Shown: positions 27,955-37,998, counted from the first letter of the stretch. The stretch is DNA of 42,746 nucleotides from Verrucomicrobiota bacterium (GCA_017853115.1 JAFMKE010000003.1:1-42746); one strand, 5' to 3'. The notes: generated by a model not told the origin, from the letters alone. Translations and numbers: made by a program.

Positions 27955-30483
27955 CTACTCGTCTTTGGTTGATTTTACTTCTTCTTGCTTGTTGCCACCA
28001 AGCTGAACTTCCTTGCTGCCCAATTTAAATTTTACTCCACCATCACTGGAAGAGTTGGTCTGTTCTTTAACATCAAGTGATTGCTTGTTTACCGGGATTT
28101 GTTTGTCAATTTTTAGTTTATCTATTGTTCCTTGGTCAACATCTCTTTGTACAGGTTGATCTGTTCCATTGAGATAAGATAAGATTTCTTCCGCCTTTTC
28201 TTGTTCCGCGGTATTAGCGTGATTATTCACCACGTATTCTAGTGAAGAAATATATGATTCACGAAGTTGTTTGCTACCCATGCACATTGCTTTGAGTAAA
28301 TCGAATTTAGCCATCATCATAGTTTGACTATATTTCTCCTTGGCTATTTCACATTGAATGATGACCTGGTCGAAATCTTTTATCTGATACAAAGCGTATG
28401 CTTCTTCATAAAAATCTGTTGCTTGATCTTCCAAATTTTTGGTTTCTACGCTACTTGGGTTAGTGAAGAACTGGCTAAATTTATTGTCGGGGTATTTTTC
28501 AAGTAAAGTTTGCTTTGCCTTCATTGCCTGAGCGCTTTGATTCATATCGGTGTAAAGAACATATAACTGGTAGAGCGCTTCTGGTTCATATCGGTTATCT
28601 GGGTGTAGCATATTGAGCATTACGAACATTTCTGCACTTTTCGGCAAGTTTTCTAAGCCGACTTTGTAAATAACCGCACCGTTGTAATACGCTTCAATAA
28701 TTTCTTTCCGGAGTTCCTTCTTTTCTTTTTCTGATGAAGGAATTGCATTGATCATTTCTTGATATTTAGCATCAATTCGCGCAAAATACTCGTCACTTTC
28801 TGTTTCGAATGAATCACCGCCGTCTGCTGTCATATTGCTTCCCTTCTCACTTCTCCTCCAGTCATCTTCCAGCAAGATATCACCCCAAGTTTGCTTGAAT
28901 TTTTTATATCCACTATTTCTACTTGCTTCGCTGTAGAAATACCAGGCATTCTTACCACTTGTTTTAGACGTTTGGGTACTGCTTGATGCGATTAACTGAG
29001 CCTGCTTATTTTTTTCTTCTTCCTTGATTTCGGCATCTATAATATCAACGGCTTGTTTGTAGAGAATACTCTCTAATTCTTTGGCAGGAATTTCACCCAA
29101 TACAAGCAGACTATCATTGATGGTGATAATCTTGAGGTAGTCTATCAACTCAGTTAATACTGTACTTCTATTTAGAATAACATCATAGGCTATGTAGCTG
29201 TTGTCAAGTAGACTAACTGCACTATCATAATAAGCCTGAGCCATGGGATAGTCTTCTTCCTCGTAGTAGATGTCAGCTAGTTTTCCGTATGAAATACCCT
29301 TTTGCTTTTGATTAGATTGCGAGACTTTCGCTGATTTTAACAAGAATTTTTTGGCATCTTCGATTACATCATTATTTAATGCAATCATAGCTTTTTCATA
29401 GTACAATTGATCGTAATAAGCACGATTCTTATTGTCTTTGGACATTTTAGCAATAAGCTTTAATGCCTCATTTTCTCCTCCTGGTGATTGTCGATTCATC
29501 TGGATGAGCTTCAATTTAGCGTAGAATATCATTTCGAAGTCAGCATTGCCTTTCATCGATTGCTTGTAATAATCTGCGGCAATTGTTTTTTGACCTAAAG
29601 ATTCATATACCTGCCCTGCTATAAATTGTAAACGGGCTTTATTTTTTTGTTTTTTTGTGTTTACTATCGCACTATCCAAATAGTTTATTCCGGTATTGAA
29701 ACTGCCCTGTGCGAAATACAAATAGGTATTGACCATGTCAACTTCTCTATCATAATCTTTAAGAAAATTTTGACTTCCTCGAATAAAGGTCAAAATATTT
29801 TCCGCTTCGATGTATTGTTCATTGCTTATGTATGCCTTTGCCAACCAAACCAAAGCGTCGCTGTATGCACTTTCGTGCGCAATAAGTTTCTTCGATGGAC
29901 GGATGTCTTTGCCTGCAAGTTCTTTTTCAATCAGCTTATCTTCTAGCTTTTTAGCTTTAGCCTTCTTCTTTTTGCTGTTTTTCTGCTTCTTGATTTTGTC
30001 TTTGCTACGGGCATCTACGCCTTCCTCAAAATTCGCAGTCACATACCGAAAGCAATTGATGGCTGAATCTAATTCACCTTGAAAATAGTATGCTTTTCCG
30101 ATGAGGACAAAAGCATCGTCACTCCAATTACTTATGCTATTGTCTACTCCCGTAATGTAGTTTTTCCCTTCTTCTTTCTCCTGATGTGTTTGGATGCTGA
30201 GGCGAGCCTTGGCAATCGTTGTATTCAAGCTTTCATTCTGGCTGTTAATATCTTCATAATGACCATAGCTTTCAAGTGGCAATATTTGTTCATAATCATC
30301 TTTATTGCCGTCACGTAAAGTTTTTAATTGATTATTGAATTGCTCATTCGCATTGAAATAACCATTATAATGACTTGTAAGGTCATGATAGGTTTGCTTT
30401 ACTATTCCCGCATTCTGTTTGGCGCAAGAATTCAGGAAAATCAGAACCAGAAAAAGGGGGAAGTGCTTTGCTATAGAATTCAA
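27955..30483 (-). CDS. sprE: T9SS TPR lipoprotein SprE (PorW)
   Basis: Lipobox LNSC, YHDLTSHYNGYFN, TPR-like repeats, AYYDS, WYFY...F...WG...LEDDWRRS. Confidence 0.85.
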   Translation of the reverse strand: MNSIAKHFPLFLVLIFLNSCAKQNAGIVKQTYHDLTSHYNGYFNANEQFNNQLKTLRDGNKDDYEQILPLESYGHYEDINSQNESLNTTIAKARLSIQTHQEKEEGKNYITGVDNSISNWSDDAFVLIGKAYYFQGELDSAINCFRYVTANFEEGVDARSKDKIKKQKNSKKKKAKAKKLEDKLIEKELAGKDIRPSKKLIAHESAYSDALVWLAKAYISNEQYIEAENILTFIRGSQNFLKDYDREVDMVNTYLYFAQGSFNTGINYLDSAIVNTKKQKNKARLQFIAGQVYESLGQKTIAADYYKQSMKGNADFEMIFYAKLKLIQMNRQSPGGENEALKLIAKMSKDNKNRAYYDQLYYEKAMIALNNDVIEDAKKFLLKSAKVSQSNQKQKGISYGKLADIYYEEEDYPMAQAYYDSAVSLLDNSYIAYDVILNRSTVLTELIDYLKIITINDSLLVLGEIPAKELESILYKQAVDIIDAEIKEEEKNKQAQLIASSSTQTSKTSGKNAWYFYSEASRNSGYKKFKQTWGDILLEDDWRRSEKGSNMTADGGDSFETESDEYFARIDAKYQEMINAIPSSEKEKKELRKEIIEAYYNGAVIYKVGLENLPKSAEMFVMLNMLHPDNRYEPEALYQLYVLYTDMNQSAQAMKAKQTLLEKYPDNKFSQFFTNPSSVETKNLEDQATDFYEEAYALYQIKDFDQVIIQCEIAKEKYSQTMMMAKFDLLKAMCMGSKQLRESYISSLEYVVNNHANTAEQEKAEEILSYLNGTDQPVQRDVDQGTIDKLKIDKQIPVNKQSLDVKEQTNSSSDGGVKFKLGSKEVQLGGNKQEEVKSTKDE

Positions 30484-30503
30484 GGTAATTCTTTTAACTT
30501 TAG

Positions 30504-30511
30504 TAACTTTG
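30504..30511 (+). promoter_or_regulatory. -7 promoter element TAACTTTG for the M23-bactofilin operon
   Basis: Exact consensus in the divergent sprE/M23 gap. Confidence 0.5.
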
Positions 30512-30581
30512 TTTTAACTGAATTTAAACTAATTTATTATTCCGGAGAGCATAATAATGCTATAATTGCAGCTAATAATTT

Positions 30582-31484
30582 ATGGCTAAAGATAAGAATA
30601 TTAAGAATAAAAAGTCGCTTTTCGTTAAATTAAGGTACAAGTATAGGCTTGTCATTTTGAATGAAGATACCTTTGAACAAAAAGCCTCTTTGCGCCTATC
30701 ACGTATGAATTTATACGTGCTTAGTAGTGTTTTATTTTTTGTTGTGGTTAGTGCTGTAACAGCGGTTATTGCCTTCACCCCGCTTAAGTATTATATGCCG
30801 GGAGTTGGATCTGTTGATGTAAGAACGCAACTGATAGAAATGGAAATGATTACAGATTCTATGCAGCGGCAATTAGATAAACGAGATATTTGGTTAATGG
30901 CTTTTCAGAAAGCTTTGAGTGGTGAGCTGGATAGTACTTTTTTTCTTGGAGACTCTTTAATCAATGAGGAATATGGTGCGGTAGATATTGACGAAGTATC
31001 ACCTGTTGAACAAGGATTTAGGGAGGAAATGGCGAGTGAAGTTGCTGTTAAAAATACTGGAGATAATACCGCAATGGCTGGCTATGGCATAGCTAAGTCT
31101 TATCCTTTGCGATTTATAACACCCGCCTTGGGTACGGTAATCAGTGAATATGATGAGCTTAGCGGTCATAGGGGGATAGATATTGCAGGTGAGGAGAATG
31201 AGTTTGTCCGGGCAACAGAATCAGGGGTAGTATTTTTGGCGGATTGGAATCCTGAAACCGGCTATGTGATTGGCATTCAGCATCAGGGCAACACCTTGTC
31301 TTTTTACAAGCACAATGCGGCATTGTTGAAAAAAGTTGGTAACTTCGTCGAACGTGGGGAAGCAGTAGCTCTCATGGGAAATACGGGCCATTTAAGTAAC
31401 GGTCCTCATTTACATTTTGAGCTATGGCAAAATGGGAAGACAATAGATCCCATGGACTTCATGGTTATTAATACCATAAATTAA
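30582..31484 (+). CDS. Membrane-anchored M23 family peptidoglycan endopeptidase
   Basis: N-terminal TM, coiled coil, HRGID and HLHFE zinc motifs, GNTG. Confidence 0.92.
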   Translation: MAKDKNIKNKKSLFVKLRYKYRLVILNEDTFEQKASLRLSRMNLYVLSSVLFFVVVSAVTAVIAFTPLKYYMPGVGSVDVRTQLIEMEMITDSMQRQLDKRDIWLMAFQKALSGELDSTFFLGDSLINEEYGAVDIDEVSPVEQGFREEMASEVAVKNTGDNTAMAGYGIAKSYPLRFITPALGTVISEYDELSGHRGIDIAGEENEFVRATESGVVFLADWNPETGYVIGIQHQGNTLSFYKHNAALLKKVGNFVERGEAVALMGNTGHLSNGPHLHFELWQNGKTIDPMDFMVINTIN

Positions 31485-31490
31485 TCGATT

Positions 31491-31913
31491 ATGTTTGGAG
31501 ATAACAAGGACAAAAAAAGTGTGGCCAGCCAGGATAATTTTTCGGCCAACACCATTCAGTCTGGAACTATAATTAAAGGTGAAGTAAATTCTGAGGGTAA
31601 TATTCGTATTGACGGAAAATTAGAAGGGTCATTGGATACACAAGGTAAACTTGTCGTTGGGAATAGTGGCGTAATTACTGGTGATGTAATTTGTCAGCAT
31701 GCGAATATAGAAGGTCGTATAGAGGGTAAGTTGGAAGTCAATGAAATGCTCATTCTCAAAAGAACTGCGGTAATTAAAGGAGATATTACTACGCGTAGAT
31801 TGGTGGTTGAGGAAGGTGCAGTTTTCAATGGAAATATTGCTATGGGTGTCATTATGAAAAAATCTGTGGGTAATAATCACGATGAAACAGCCGTCCGAAA
31901 AGAAGCGGTTTAA
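31491..31913 (+). CDS. Bactofilin (polymer-forming cytoskeletal protein, CcmA-like)
   Basis: Beta-helix repeats 'IKGEV..GNIRIDG..EG', ending in 'LVVEEGAVFNG'. Confidence 0.93.
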   Translation: MFGDNKDKKSVASQDNFSANTIQSGTIIKGEVNSEGNIRIDGKLEGSLDTQGKLVVGNSGVITGDVICQHANIEGRIEGKLEVNEMLILKRTAVIKGDITTRRLVVEEGAVFNGNIAMGVIMKKSVGNNHDETAVRKEAV

Positions 31914-32100
31914 GCCGGGAAAATTCATTCAATATTCGGGAATGGCTTTTCAAATGATAGCCACAATTCTCCTTGGTTTGGGTATCGGATTTCTCTTGGA
32001 TTCCTATTTAGGTACAGAAAAAATGTTTACGGCAATTTTTACTTTATTATTTGTGATTGCCAGTATGTACCTTACGCTCAAAGATTTCATTAAGCCATGA
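31882..32100 (+). CDS. AtpZ/AtpI family (ATPase gene 1) small membrane protein
   Basis: YSGMAFQM..G.GFLLD, two TM helices. Confidence 0.8.
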   Translation: MKQPSEKKRFKPGKFIQYSGMAFQMIATILLGLGIGFLLDSYLGTEKMFTAIFTLLFVIASMYLTLKDFIKP

Positions 32101-32489
32101 ATTCACCCAATCGATTGCTGTACATCCTCTCGTTGATTCTTCTTTGTTTTGCTGCTCTTCCGCTGTATTTTCTCGGTATAAATAATGAAGCGATAATTAT
32201 AGCAACGATGGTTGTGCTGTATGTATTTATTAGCCTTCAACTGGACTTATTCATTCGTATCGCTAAGGCTTTGAAATGGTCAAAAACAGCGGTGATTCTC
32301 GTTGGCTTTTTTGGAATCAAGAATATATTTTTCGGTTTTTATTTCATTCTAGCTTATAAAGCTGGATGGATAGGGCAGTCATGGACAAGCTTTCTTGTAC
32401 CTACACTCTATCTGATCTACAGTGTGGTTATAGCCAATAAATTACTAAGTTTGGATGCTAGAGATTTTGAATCTTCGCCTATTTCTTGA
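32097..32489 (+). CDS. Hypothetical 4-TM membrane protein (positionally AtpI-like)
   Basis: Four hydrophobic segments with a Lys in TM3 (GIKN); ATGA coupling to the atpZ-like gene. Confidence 0.6.
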   Translation: MNSPNRLLYILSLILLCFAALPLYFLGINNEAIIIATMVVLYVFISLQLDLFIRIAKALKWSKTAVILVGFFGIKNIFFGFYFILAYKAGWIGQSWTSFLVPTLYLIYSVVIANKLLSLDARDFESSPIS

Positions 32490-33837
32490 TGGTGTCGTAA
32501 TCAAAACGATCCATTAAGCCGGTATCGTAACTACCTGTTCGGAATTCATCATTTTTTAATAAAGCTAAGTGAAGGGGAATAGTGGTTTCTATCCCTTCCA
32601 CTATGAATTCTTCTAATGCGCGTTCCATTCTTGCAATAACCTCTTCTCTGTTCTTGCCTTTGCAAATCACCTTGGCAATCATCGAGTCGTAGTATGGTGG
32701 TACCGTATATCCTGCAAATGCATGCGTGTCTACACGCACACCAAATCCTTTGGGTGTATGAAACGCAGTAATTTTACCAGGGTTAGGAGCGAAGTTTTTA
32801 AGTACATTTTCTGCATTGATTCGACATTCCATTGCGAAGGTGCCGTCGGGTAGGTAGCTGTTTCCAACAATTTTTTCCCCAGCAGCAATTTTAATTTGTT
32901 CTGCAATTAGATCATACTGCATCACTTCTTCGGTAACTGGGTGTTCTACTTGGATTCGTGTATTCATTTCCATGAAGTAGAAGTTCCGATGTTTATCCAC
33001 TAGGAACTCGATGGTCCCCATACCCTCATATTTAATGGCTTTTGCGGCTTTAATAGCGGCATCTCCCATTTTCTTTCTAAGCTTTTCGTCTACGAACGGT
33101 GATGGACATTCTTCGATGAGTTTTTGATGGCGGCGTTGGACAGAACAATCCCGTTCGGATAAATGACAGGCATTTCCTCTGCGGTCACCGGCAACTTGTA
33201 TTTCAATATGTCTTGGCTCTTCAAGGAATTTTTCCATATACATCCCGTCATTACCAAAAGCCGCAGCCGATTCTTGACGAGCGGAATCCCATGCGGCTTC
33301 GAGGTTTTCTTCTTTATGCACAATGCGCATCCCTTTACCTCCACCACCAGCAGTGGCTTTAAGAATAACTGGGTAACCTATTTTTTCAGCAACTTTTTTG
33401 GCATTAGCTACACTTGATAAAAGACCATCTGAACCTGGAATGCAAGGCACACCAGCGGCGATCATTGTTTCTTTCGCCGTAACCTTGTCGCCCATTTTAT
33501 TAATCATTTCAGATGTCGGACCAATAAACTTTATACCGGTATCCTCACAGATTTTCGCGAATGTGGCATTTTCTGCCAAAAATCCATATCCCGGGTGAAT
33601 GGCATCTGCATTAGTAATTTCAGCGGCAGCCATAATATTGGCAATCTTTAGGTAAGAATCTGTACCTTTTGGTCCACCTATGCACACGGCTTCATCTGCA
33701 AATTTTACGTGTAGGCTATCTTTATCTGCGTTGGAATACACTGCAACAGATTTGATTCCCATTTCGCGACAAGTACGGATAACACGAAGGGCAATTTCTC
33801 CTCGATTAGCGATTAAAATTTTCTTAAACATTTCCAT
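32479..33837 (-). CDS. accC: Acetyl-CoA carboxylase biotin carboxylase
   Basis: [45 protein letters not shown]. Confidence 0.97.
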   Translation of the reverse strand: MEMFKKILIANRGEIALRVIRTCREMGIKSVAVYSNADKDSLHVKFADEAVCIGGPKGTDSYLKIANIMAAAEITNADAIHPGYGFLAENATFAKICEDTGIKFIGPTSEMINKMGDKVTAKETMIAAGVPCIPGSDGLLSSVANAKKVAEKIGYPVILKATAGGGGKGMRIVHKEENLEAAWDSARQESAAAFGNDGMYMEKFLEEPRHIEIQVAGDRRGNACHLSERDCSVQRRHQKLIEECPSPFVDEKLRKKMGDAAIKAAKAIKYEGMGTIEFLVDKHRNFYFMEMNTRIQVEHPVTEEVMQYDLIAEQIKIAAGEKIVGNSYLPDGTFAMECRINAENVLKNFAPNPGKITAFHTPKGFGVRVDTHAFAGYTVPPYYDSMIAKVICKGKNREEVIARMERALEEFIVEGIETTIPLHLALLKNDEFRTGSYDTGLMDRFDYDTIKK

Positions 33838-33906
33838 AGCTTGGTTATTTAATGCATCTATGATTTCAGCGGTTGGCTGAAAACGATAAAGGCGTACTAA
33901 TTCGGT

Positions 33907-34404
33907 TTAAGCGGGATCAATAAGGAATAAAGGTTGATCATATTCAACTGGCGTTTGATCATCAACCAGAATTTTAACAATCGTACCTGAAACTTCAGAT
34001 TCAATTTCGTTAAACAGTTTCATAGCTTCTATGATAGCAAGAACATCACCTTTACTCACCGTATCACCGACTTTTACAAATACATCCTTGTCTGGAGATG
34101 GTTTTCTGTAGAAGGTTCCAACCATAGGCGATTTAAAGACAACATGATTAGCATTTTCAGTGTCCGAACTTACTTCCTCTGAAACTACTGCAGCAGGCGT
34201 TTCTTGCACGGGAGTATTGGCTTGTGGTGCAGCTGGAGCTGGTGCAGAAGCAACGGGCATAATAGGAGCCATTGGCTGCGCCTTACCATTGAAATAATCT
34301 TTCGATCGAATGGTAACAGAGAAATCCCCCTTACTCATTTTGAATTCTGCTAAATCAGTTTCGTTAATTAGTTTGACTAATTCATGTATTTCTTTATTAT
34401 TCAT
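33907..34404 (-). CDS. accB: Biotin carboxyl carrier protein
   Basis: [13 protein letters not shown] biotinylation motif, Ala/Pro linker. Confidence 0.97.
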   Translation of the reverse strand: MNNKEIHELVKLINETDLAEFKMSKGDFSVTIRSKDYFNGKAQPMAPIMPVASAPAPAAPQANTPVQETPAAVVSEEVSSDTENANHVVFKSPMVGTFYRKPSPDKDVFVKVGDTVSKGDVLAIIEAMKLFNEIESEVSGTIVKILVDDQTPVEYDQPLFLIDPA

Positions 34405-34423
34405 GATAGTGTATTTGGCTTAA

Positions 34424-34987
34424 TTATTTTGCTCTCTCCATGTAGGCTCGAGTAGAGGTGTCCACTTTTATTTTATCTCCTTCATTAATGAATAAAGGTA
34501 CATTTACTTCTGCCCCAGTTTCAAGTTTTGCTGGTTTTGTGGCGTTAGTAGCCGTATCTCCTTTAACACCCGGCTCACTGTATGTTACCTCTAAAATTAC
34601 ATAGGAGGGTAGTTCACAAGTTAAGATTTCATCTGTATTTGCGTTATACAGTGCTTCAACGTTCATGCCATCCAGCAATAAATCGTTGTTTTCGATTAGG
34701 TTTTCAGGAATGCTTACTTGCTCAAAGGACTCACTATTCATAAAATGAAAACCCATGTCATCTTTGTAGAGGTATTGAAATTTTCTTCTCTCAATTCGTA
34801 CTTCATCAATTTTATGTCCTGACGGCCAGGTGTTATCGACTACTTTCCCAGAGGTCAGACTTTTTAACTTGGTACGCACGAAAGCTGGTCCTTTTCCTGG
34901 TTTTACATGTTGAAATTCCACGACAGTATATATGTCATGGTTGAAATTGATGCATAATCCATTCCGGATGTCAGATGTTGATGCCAT
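34424..34987 (-). CDS. efp: Elongation factor P
   Basis: HVKPGKGPAFVR, PGVKGDTA, LETG, VPLFI. Confidence 0.97.
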   Translation of the reverse strand: MASTSDIRNGLCINFNHDIYTVVEFQHVKPGKGPAFVRTKLKSLTSGKVVDNTWPSGHKIDEVRIERRKFQYLYKDDMGFHFMNSESFEQVSIPENLIENNDLLLDGMNVEALYNANTDEILTCELPSYVILEVTYSEPGVKGDTATNATKPAKLETGAEVNVPLFINEGDKIKVDTSTRAYMERAK

Positions 34988-35094
34988 AAAAATTTATAAA
35001 AGTTTAAGGGAGTAAATGTAATAGTTTTTTTGGAAACGGGGCTGTCATAACTGGGTAAAATGACAATTCAAAAAGTAGCTTAAGTGACCTAGGT

Positions 35095-36093
35095 TTATTT
35101 TGAGTAGCCCCAAGTTAAATACATAGAGCCCCAGGTGAATCCACCACCAAATGTGGTTAATATGAGTTTGTCACCCTTTTTTAGTTGGTCTTCCCATTCC
35201 GCGAGACAAAGAGGAAGCGTGCCAGCTGTGGTATTACCGTATTTATGTAGGTTTAGCATCACTTTTTCGGGTGCTAGATTAATACGTTGACGAGCGGCCT
35301 CAATGATACGCAAGTTAGCTTGGTGAGGGACTAGCCAATCGATATCTTCCGCGCTCAGCTCGTTCTTTTCAAGAATGTCTTGACATGCACCAGCCATTCC
35401 AGACACAGCAAATTTGAATACTTGTTTACCTTCTTGATAAACACAATGTAAATTCTGCTCAACGGTTTCCTTACTTGCCGGGTTTAATGATCCACCAGCT
35501 TTTTGATGCAAGTAATTTACACCTGATCCGTCTGATTTGAGTATGCTATCTTGAATACCAATTGTAGGGTCTTCGCTAGGTTCTAACAAAACAGCCCCTG
35601 CTCCATCTCCAAAAATGATACATGTATTTCTGTCAGAATAGTTGATGATAGAACTCATGGTGTCGGCACCGACAATAATCACTTTTTTGTATGCCCCACT
35701 TTCAATGAATCGCCGGCCTGTTTCTAAGGCGAAAAGAAATCCTGAGCACGCAGCGCCTAAATCGTAACCAAATGCATTCGTGAGACCACACTTATCAGTA
35801 ATTAAATTAGCGGTAGCCGGAAATGGCATGTCTGGAGTTACTGTAGCGCAAATCAGGAGGTCAATTTCTTTTGGGTCAATTCCTCGTTTTTCAAGCAATT
35901 GATTCACAGCTTCAGCCCCCATGTCTGAAGTAGCTAAATTTTTTTCTTTGAGAATGCGTCTTTCGTGAATACCCGTTCTACTTACAATCCACTCATCGGA
36001 GGTGTCCACCATTTGTTCAAGCATAGCATTAGTGAGCTTATGTGGAGGTACATAAGCTGCAACACCGGTGATGCTAGCTTTAAGGGCTGACAT
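35095..36093 (-). CDS. fabH: Beta-ketoacyl-ACP synthase III
   Basis: AACSGF, FGDGAGA, PHQAN, YGNT, FGGGFTWG. Confidence 0.96.
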   Translation of the reverse strand: MSALKASITGVAAYVPPHKLTNAMLEQMVDTSDEWIVSRTGIHERRILKEKNLATSDMGAEAVNQLLEKRGIDPKEIDLLICATVTPDMPFPATANLITDKCGLTNAFGYDLGAACSGFLFALETGRRFIESGAYKKVIIVGADTMSSIINYSDRNTCIIFGDGAGAVLLEPSEDPTIGIQDSILKSDGSGVNYLHQKAGGSLNPASKETVEQNLHCVYQEGKQVFKFAVSGMAGACQDILEKNELSAEDIDWLVPHQANLRIIEAARQRINLAPEKVMLNLHKYGNTTAGTLPLCLAEWEDQLKKGDKLILTTFGGGFTWGSMYLTWGYSK

Positions 36094-36101
36094 ATTAGCG
36101 A

Positions 36102-36281
36102 TTATGCTTCAGTTAACTGCTTGCCTCTGTAGTATAGAACCCCATCTACAAAGTAAGCACGGTGACGCATGTGCGCTTCGCCCGTTTTGCTACAGATAGA
36201 AATAGTAGGCGCAGTAGCTTTGTAATGCGTTCTTCTTTTATCTCTTCTTGTCTTCGATATTTTACGCTTAGGATGTGCCAT
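36102..36281 (-). CDS. rpmF: 50S ribosomal protein L32 (not in ORF track, 59 aa)
   Basis: Manual translation [59 protein letters not shown]; canonical position between yceD and fabH. Confidence 0.95.
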   Translation of the reverse strand: MAHPKRKISKTRRDKRRTHYKATAPTISICSKTGEAHMRHRAYFVDGVLYYRGKQLTEA

Positions 36282-36287
36282 AATCGT

Positions 36288-36818
36288 TTACTTTTTATTC
36301 TTTAATTTTTCTAGTGCAGCCCATCTTGGATCCACACTCGGTTTTTCTTCTTGTTTCAGTTGCTTGATGACTTCCACATTACACGCCGAATGGCCATCCT
36401 TGTCTTCTGGATGAACGCACCGAAGTGGAATACTTAATACAATGAATTCATAGATTAAGTTAGAAACATCAATAAAATCATCATTCCTAGAGATGAAAAC
36501 TACATCTTCATCTTTGTTGTCAATCTCGTCCGCATCACCAAATTTAACAGCAATTTCGTAATCGCCGAATACTTCCTGTTTAAAAGGCTCTGAACAACGA
36601 TCACACGGAACTTCCACATTCCCATCAATAAAAAAAGTCAAAAGAAAGAAGTTCTCTCTTCGGTCGAAATCAATTTTCACTTCGACATCACAATGCTGGA
36701 TGTCGCTTTTCGGGAAGTTTTCGAAGAATTGGTCTCCAATCAGGTATTCAAACTGATAGAGCTTAGTCTTCATTCCTACAAAAGGAATTTTAAACTCCTG
36801 TAAAAATTTATTTTCCAT
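36288..36818 (-). CDS. yceD: YceD/DUF177 family protein
   Basis: CDRC motif, YEFIVLSIP, DPRWAALEKL; upstream of rpmF. Confidence 0.92.
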   Translation of the reverse strand: MENKFLQEFKIPFVGMKTKLYQFEYLIGDQFFENFPKSDIQHCDVEVKIDFDRRENFFLLTFFIDGNVEVPCDRCSEPFKQEVFGDYEIAVKFGDADEIDNKDEDVVFISRNDDFIDVSNLIYEFIVLSIPLRCVHPEDKDGHSACNVEVIKQLKQEEKPSVDPRWAALEKLKNKK

Positions 36819-36835
36819 TTTTAAAAATAGGAGTG

Positions 36836-36843
36836 CAAAGGTA
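36836..36843 (-). promoter_or_regulatory. -7 promoter element TACCTTTG(CA) for yceD-rpmF-fabH
   Basis: Exact consensus 17 nt before the ATG. Confidence 0.7.
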
Positions 36844-37091
36844 AGAATAAATATCCAAACAATATTCGCTAAAGCGCAATAAAATTAGACCTTACTACTG
36901 TTTATATACGTTCTAATCCTTTTTGGGCTTTGGAACCTGAACAAATCGTTCCGAAAAATGAATAACAAGCGATAAGGGTGGGTTTGAAATTTCATCTTTG
37001 GTTAATTTATTTTAAAATGCACCTGCGTGGATAACCCAACTGTACAATACGCTAAACTTCTTTTACTTTTGTGAAAAATTTATTTAGAAAA

Positions 37092-37931
37092 ATGAAAACA
37101 AAACAATTGATTCTAGGGGTGCTCATGGTGAGCTTTTTAAGTGCTTGTGTTTCTAAAAAGGAATATTCAAAATTGCAATCGCAGTCAGATGAATTTGAAA
37201 AAGAATTGATGGAGCGAGATAAGGAATACGGAGAACTCGCTGTACTTGCTGACGGTTTGAGAGATAATATTGCTTTAGCACAAAAGCAGAATGATGCTTT
37301 GCAAAAGTCGCTTGCGGCGTGCCTTGAAAACACTACACAGGGTTCTGCAAACATTACCAAGTTGTTAGACGAGATAGATAAGTCAAACGCTTACATTAAA
37401 AAATTGGTTGATAGTAAGTTTAAGAATGACTCGTTGAATTTGTACATCTCGAACTCGCTTAAACGTTCATTGGACGATATCGATGATAAGGACGTTGATG
37501 TAAAAGTGCTTAAAGGTGTCGTATTCATTTCTTTATCTGATGCATTACTGTATAAGACGGGAAGCTATGAAGTTCAGCCATCAGCAGAGTTAGTGCTAGC
37601 TAAATTGGCTAAAATCATTAATGATTACGAAGATTATGATGTTTTGGTAGAAGGCCATACTGATAATGTGCCCTACACGGGTTCGGGCCTTATCAAGGAT
37701 AACTGGGATTTAAGTGCAATGCGTGCAACTTCCGTGGTTAAAGTGTTGCAAGATAAGTTTGATGTAGATCCTGCTAGAATGACAGCAGGTGGTCGCTCGG
37801 AGTACAATCCTAAAACAAGTAATGAAACGGTTGAAGGGAAAGCGGCTAACAGAAGAACGGTTATTGTTGTAATGCCTAAGCTAGATCAGTTCCTAAACTT
37901 GATGAATCAAGTGCCTTCGGGAGGAAATTAA
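37092..37931 (+). CDS. OmpA/MotB-C domain lipoprotein with N-terminal coiled coil
   Basis: Lipobox LSAC, coiled coil, VEGHTD, NWDLSAMRA, NRR; start likely ATG 37092, after TACTTTTG at 37064-37071. Confidence 0.88.
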   Translation: MKTKQLILGVLMVSFLSACVSKKEYSKLQSQSDEFEKELMERDKEYGELAVLADGLRDNIALAQKQNDALQKSLAACLENTTQGSANITKLLDEIDKSNAYIKKLVDSKFKNDSLNLYISNSLKRSLDDIDDKDVDVKVLKGVVFISLSDALLYKTGSYEVQPSAELVLAKLAKIINDYEDYDVLVEGHTDNVPYTGSGLIKDNWDLSAMRATSVVKVLQDKFDVDPARMTAGGRSEYNPKTSNETVEGKAANRRTVIVVMPKLDQFLNLMNQVPSGGN

Positions 37932-37942
37932 ATTTAATATTG

Positions 37943-37981
37943 AAAAAAAAGCCGCTCCGAGCATTCGGAGCGGCTTTTTTT
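37943..37981. terminator. Bidirectional rho-independent terminator
   Basis: A8-GCCGCTCCGA-gcat-TCGGAGCGGC-T7, a perfect 10-bp stem between convergent OmpA/MotB and htpG genes. Confidence 0.93.
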
Positions 37982-37998
37982 ACTCTAGCTATGTTAAC

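Noticed and set aside
30328-30778. ORFs spanning the sprE/M23 divergent gap
   Set aside because: Overlap both real genes and the promoter region
35043-35065. TGTCAT-N11-ATGACA inverted repeat between fabH and efp
   Set aside because: Weak stem; orientation and spacing differ from the htpG palindrome
36845-37060. Longest intergenic region as a possible sRNA or riboswitch
   Set aside because: No convincing stable structure or known RNA motif; adequately explained by two divergent promoters
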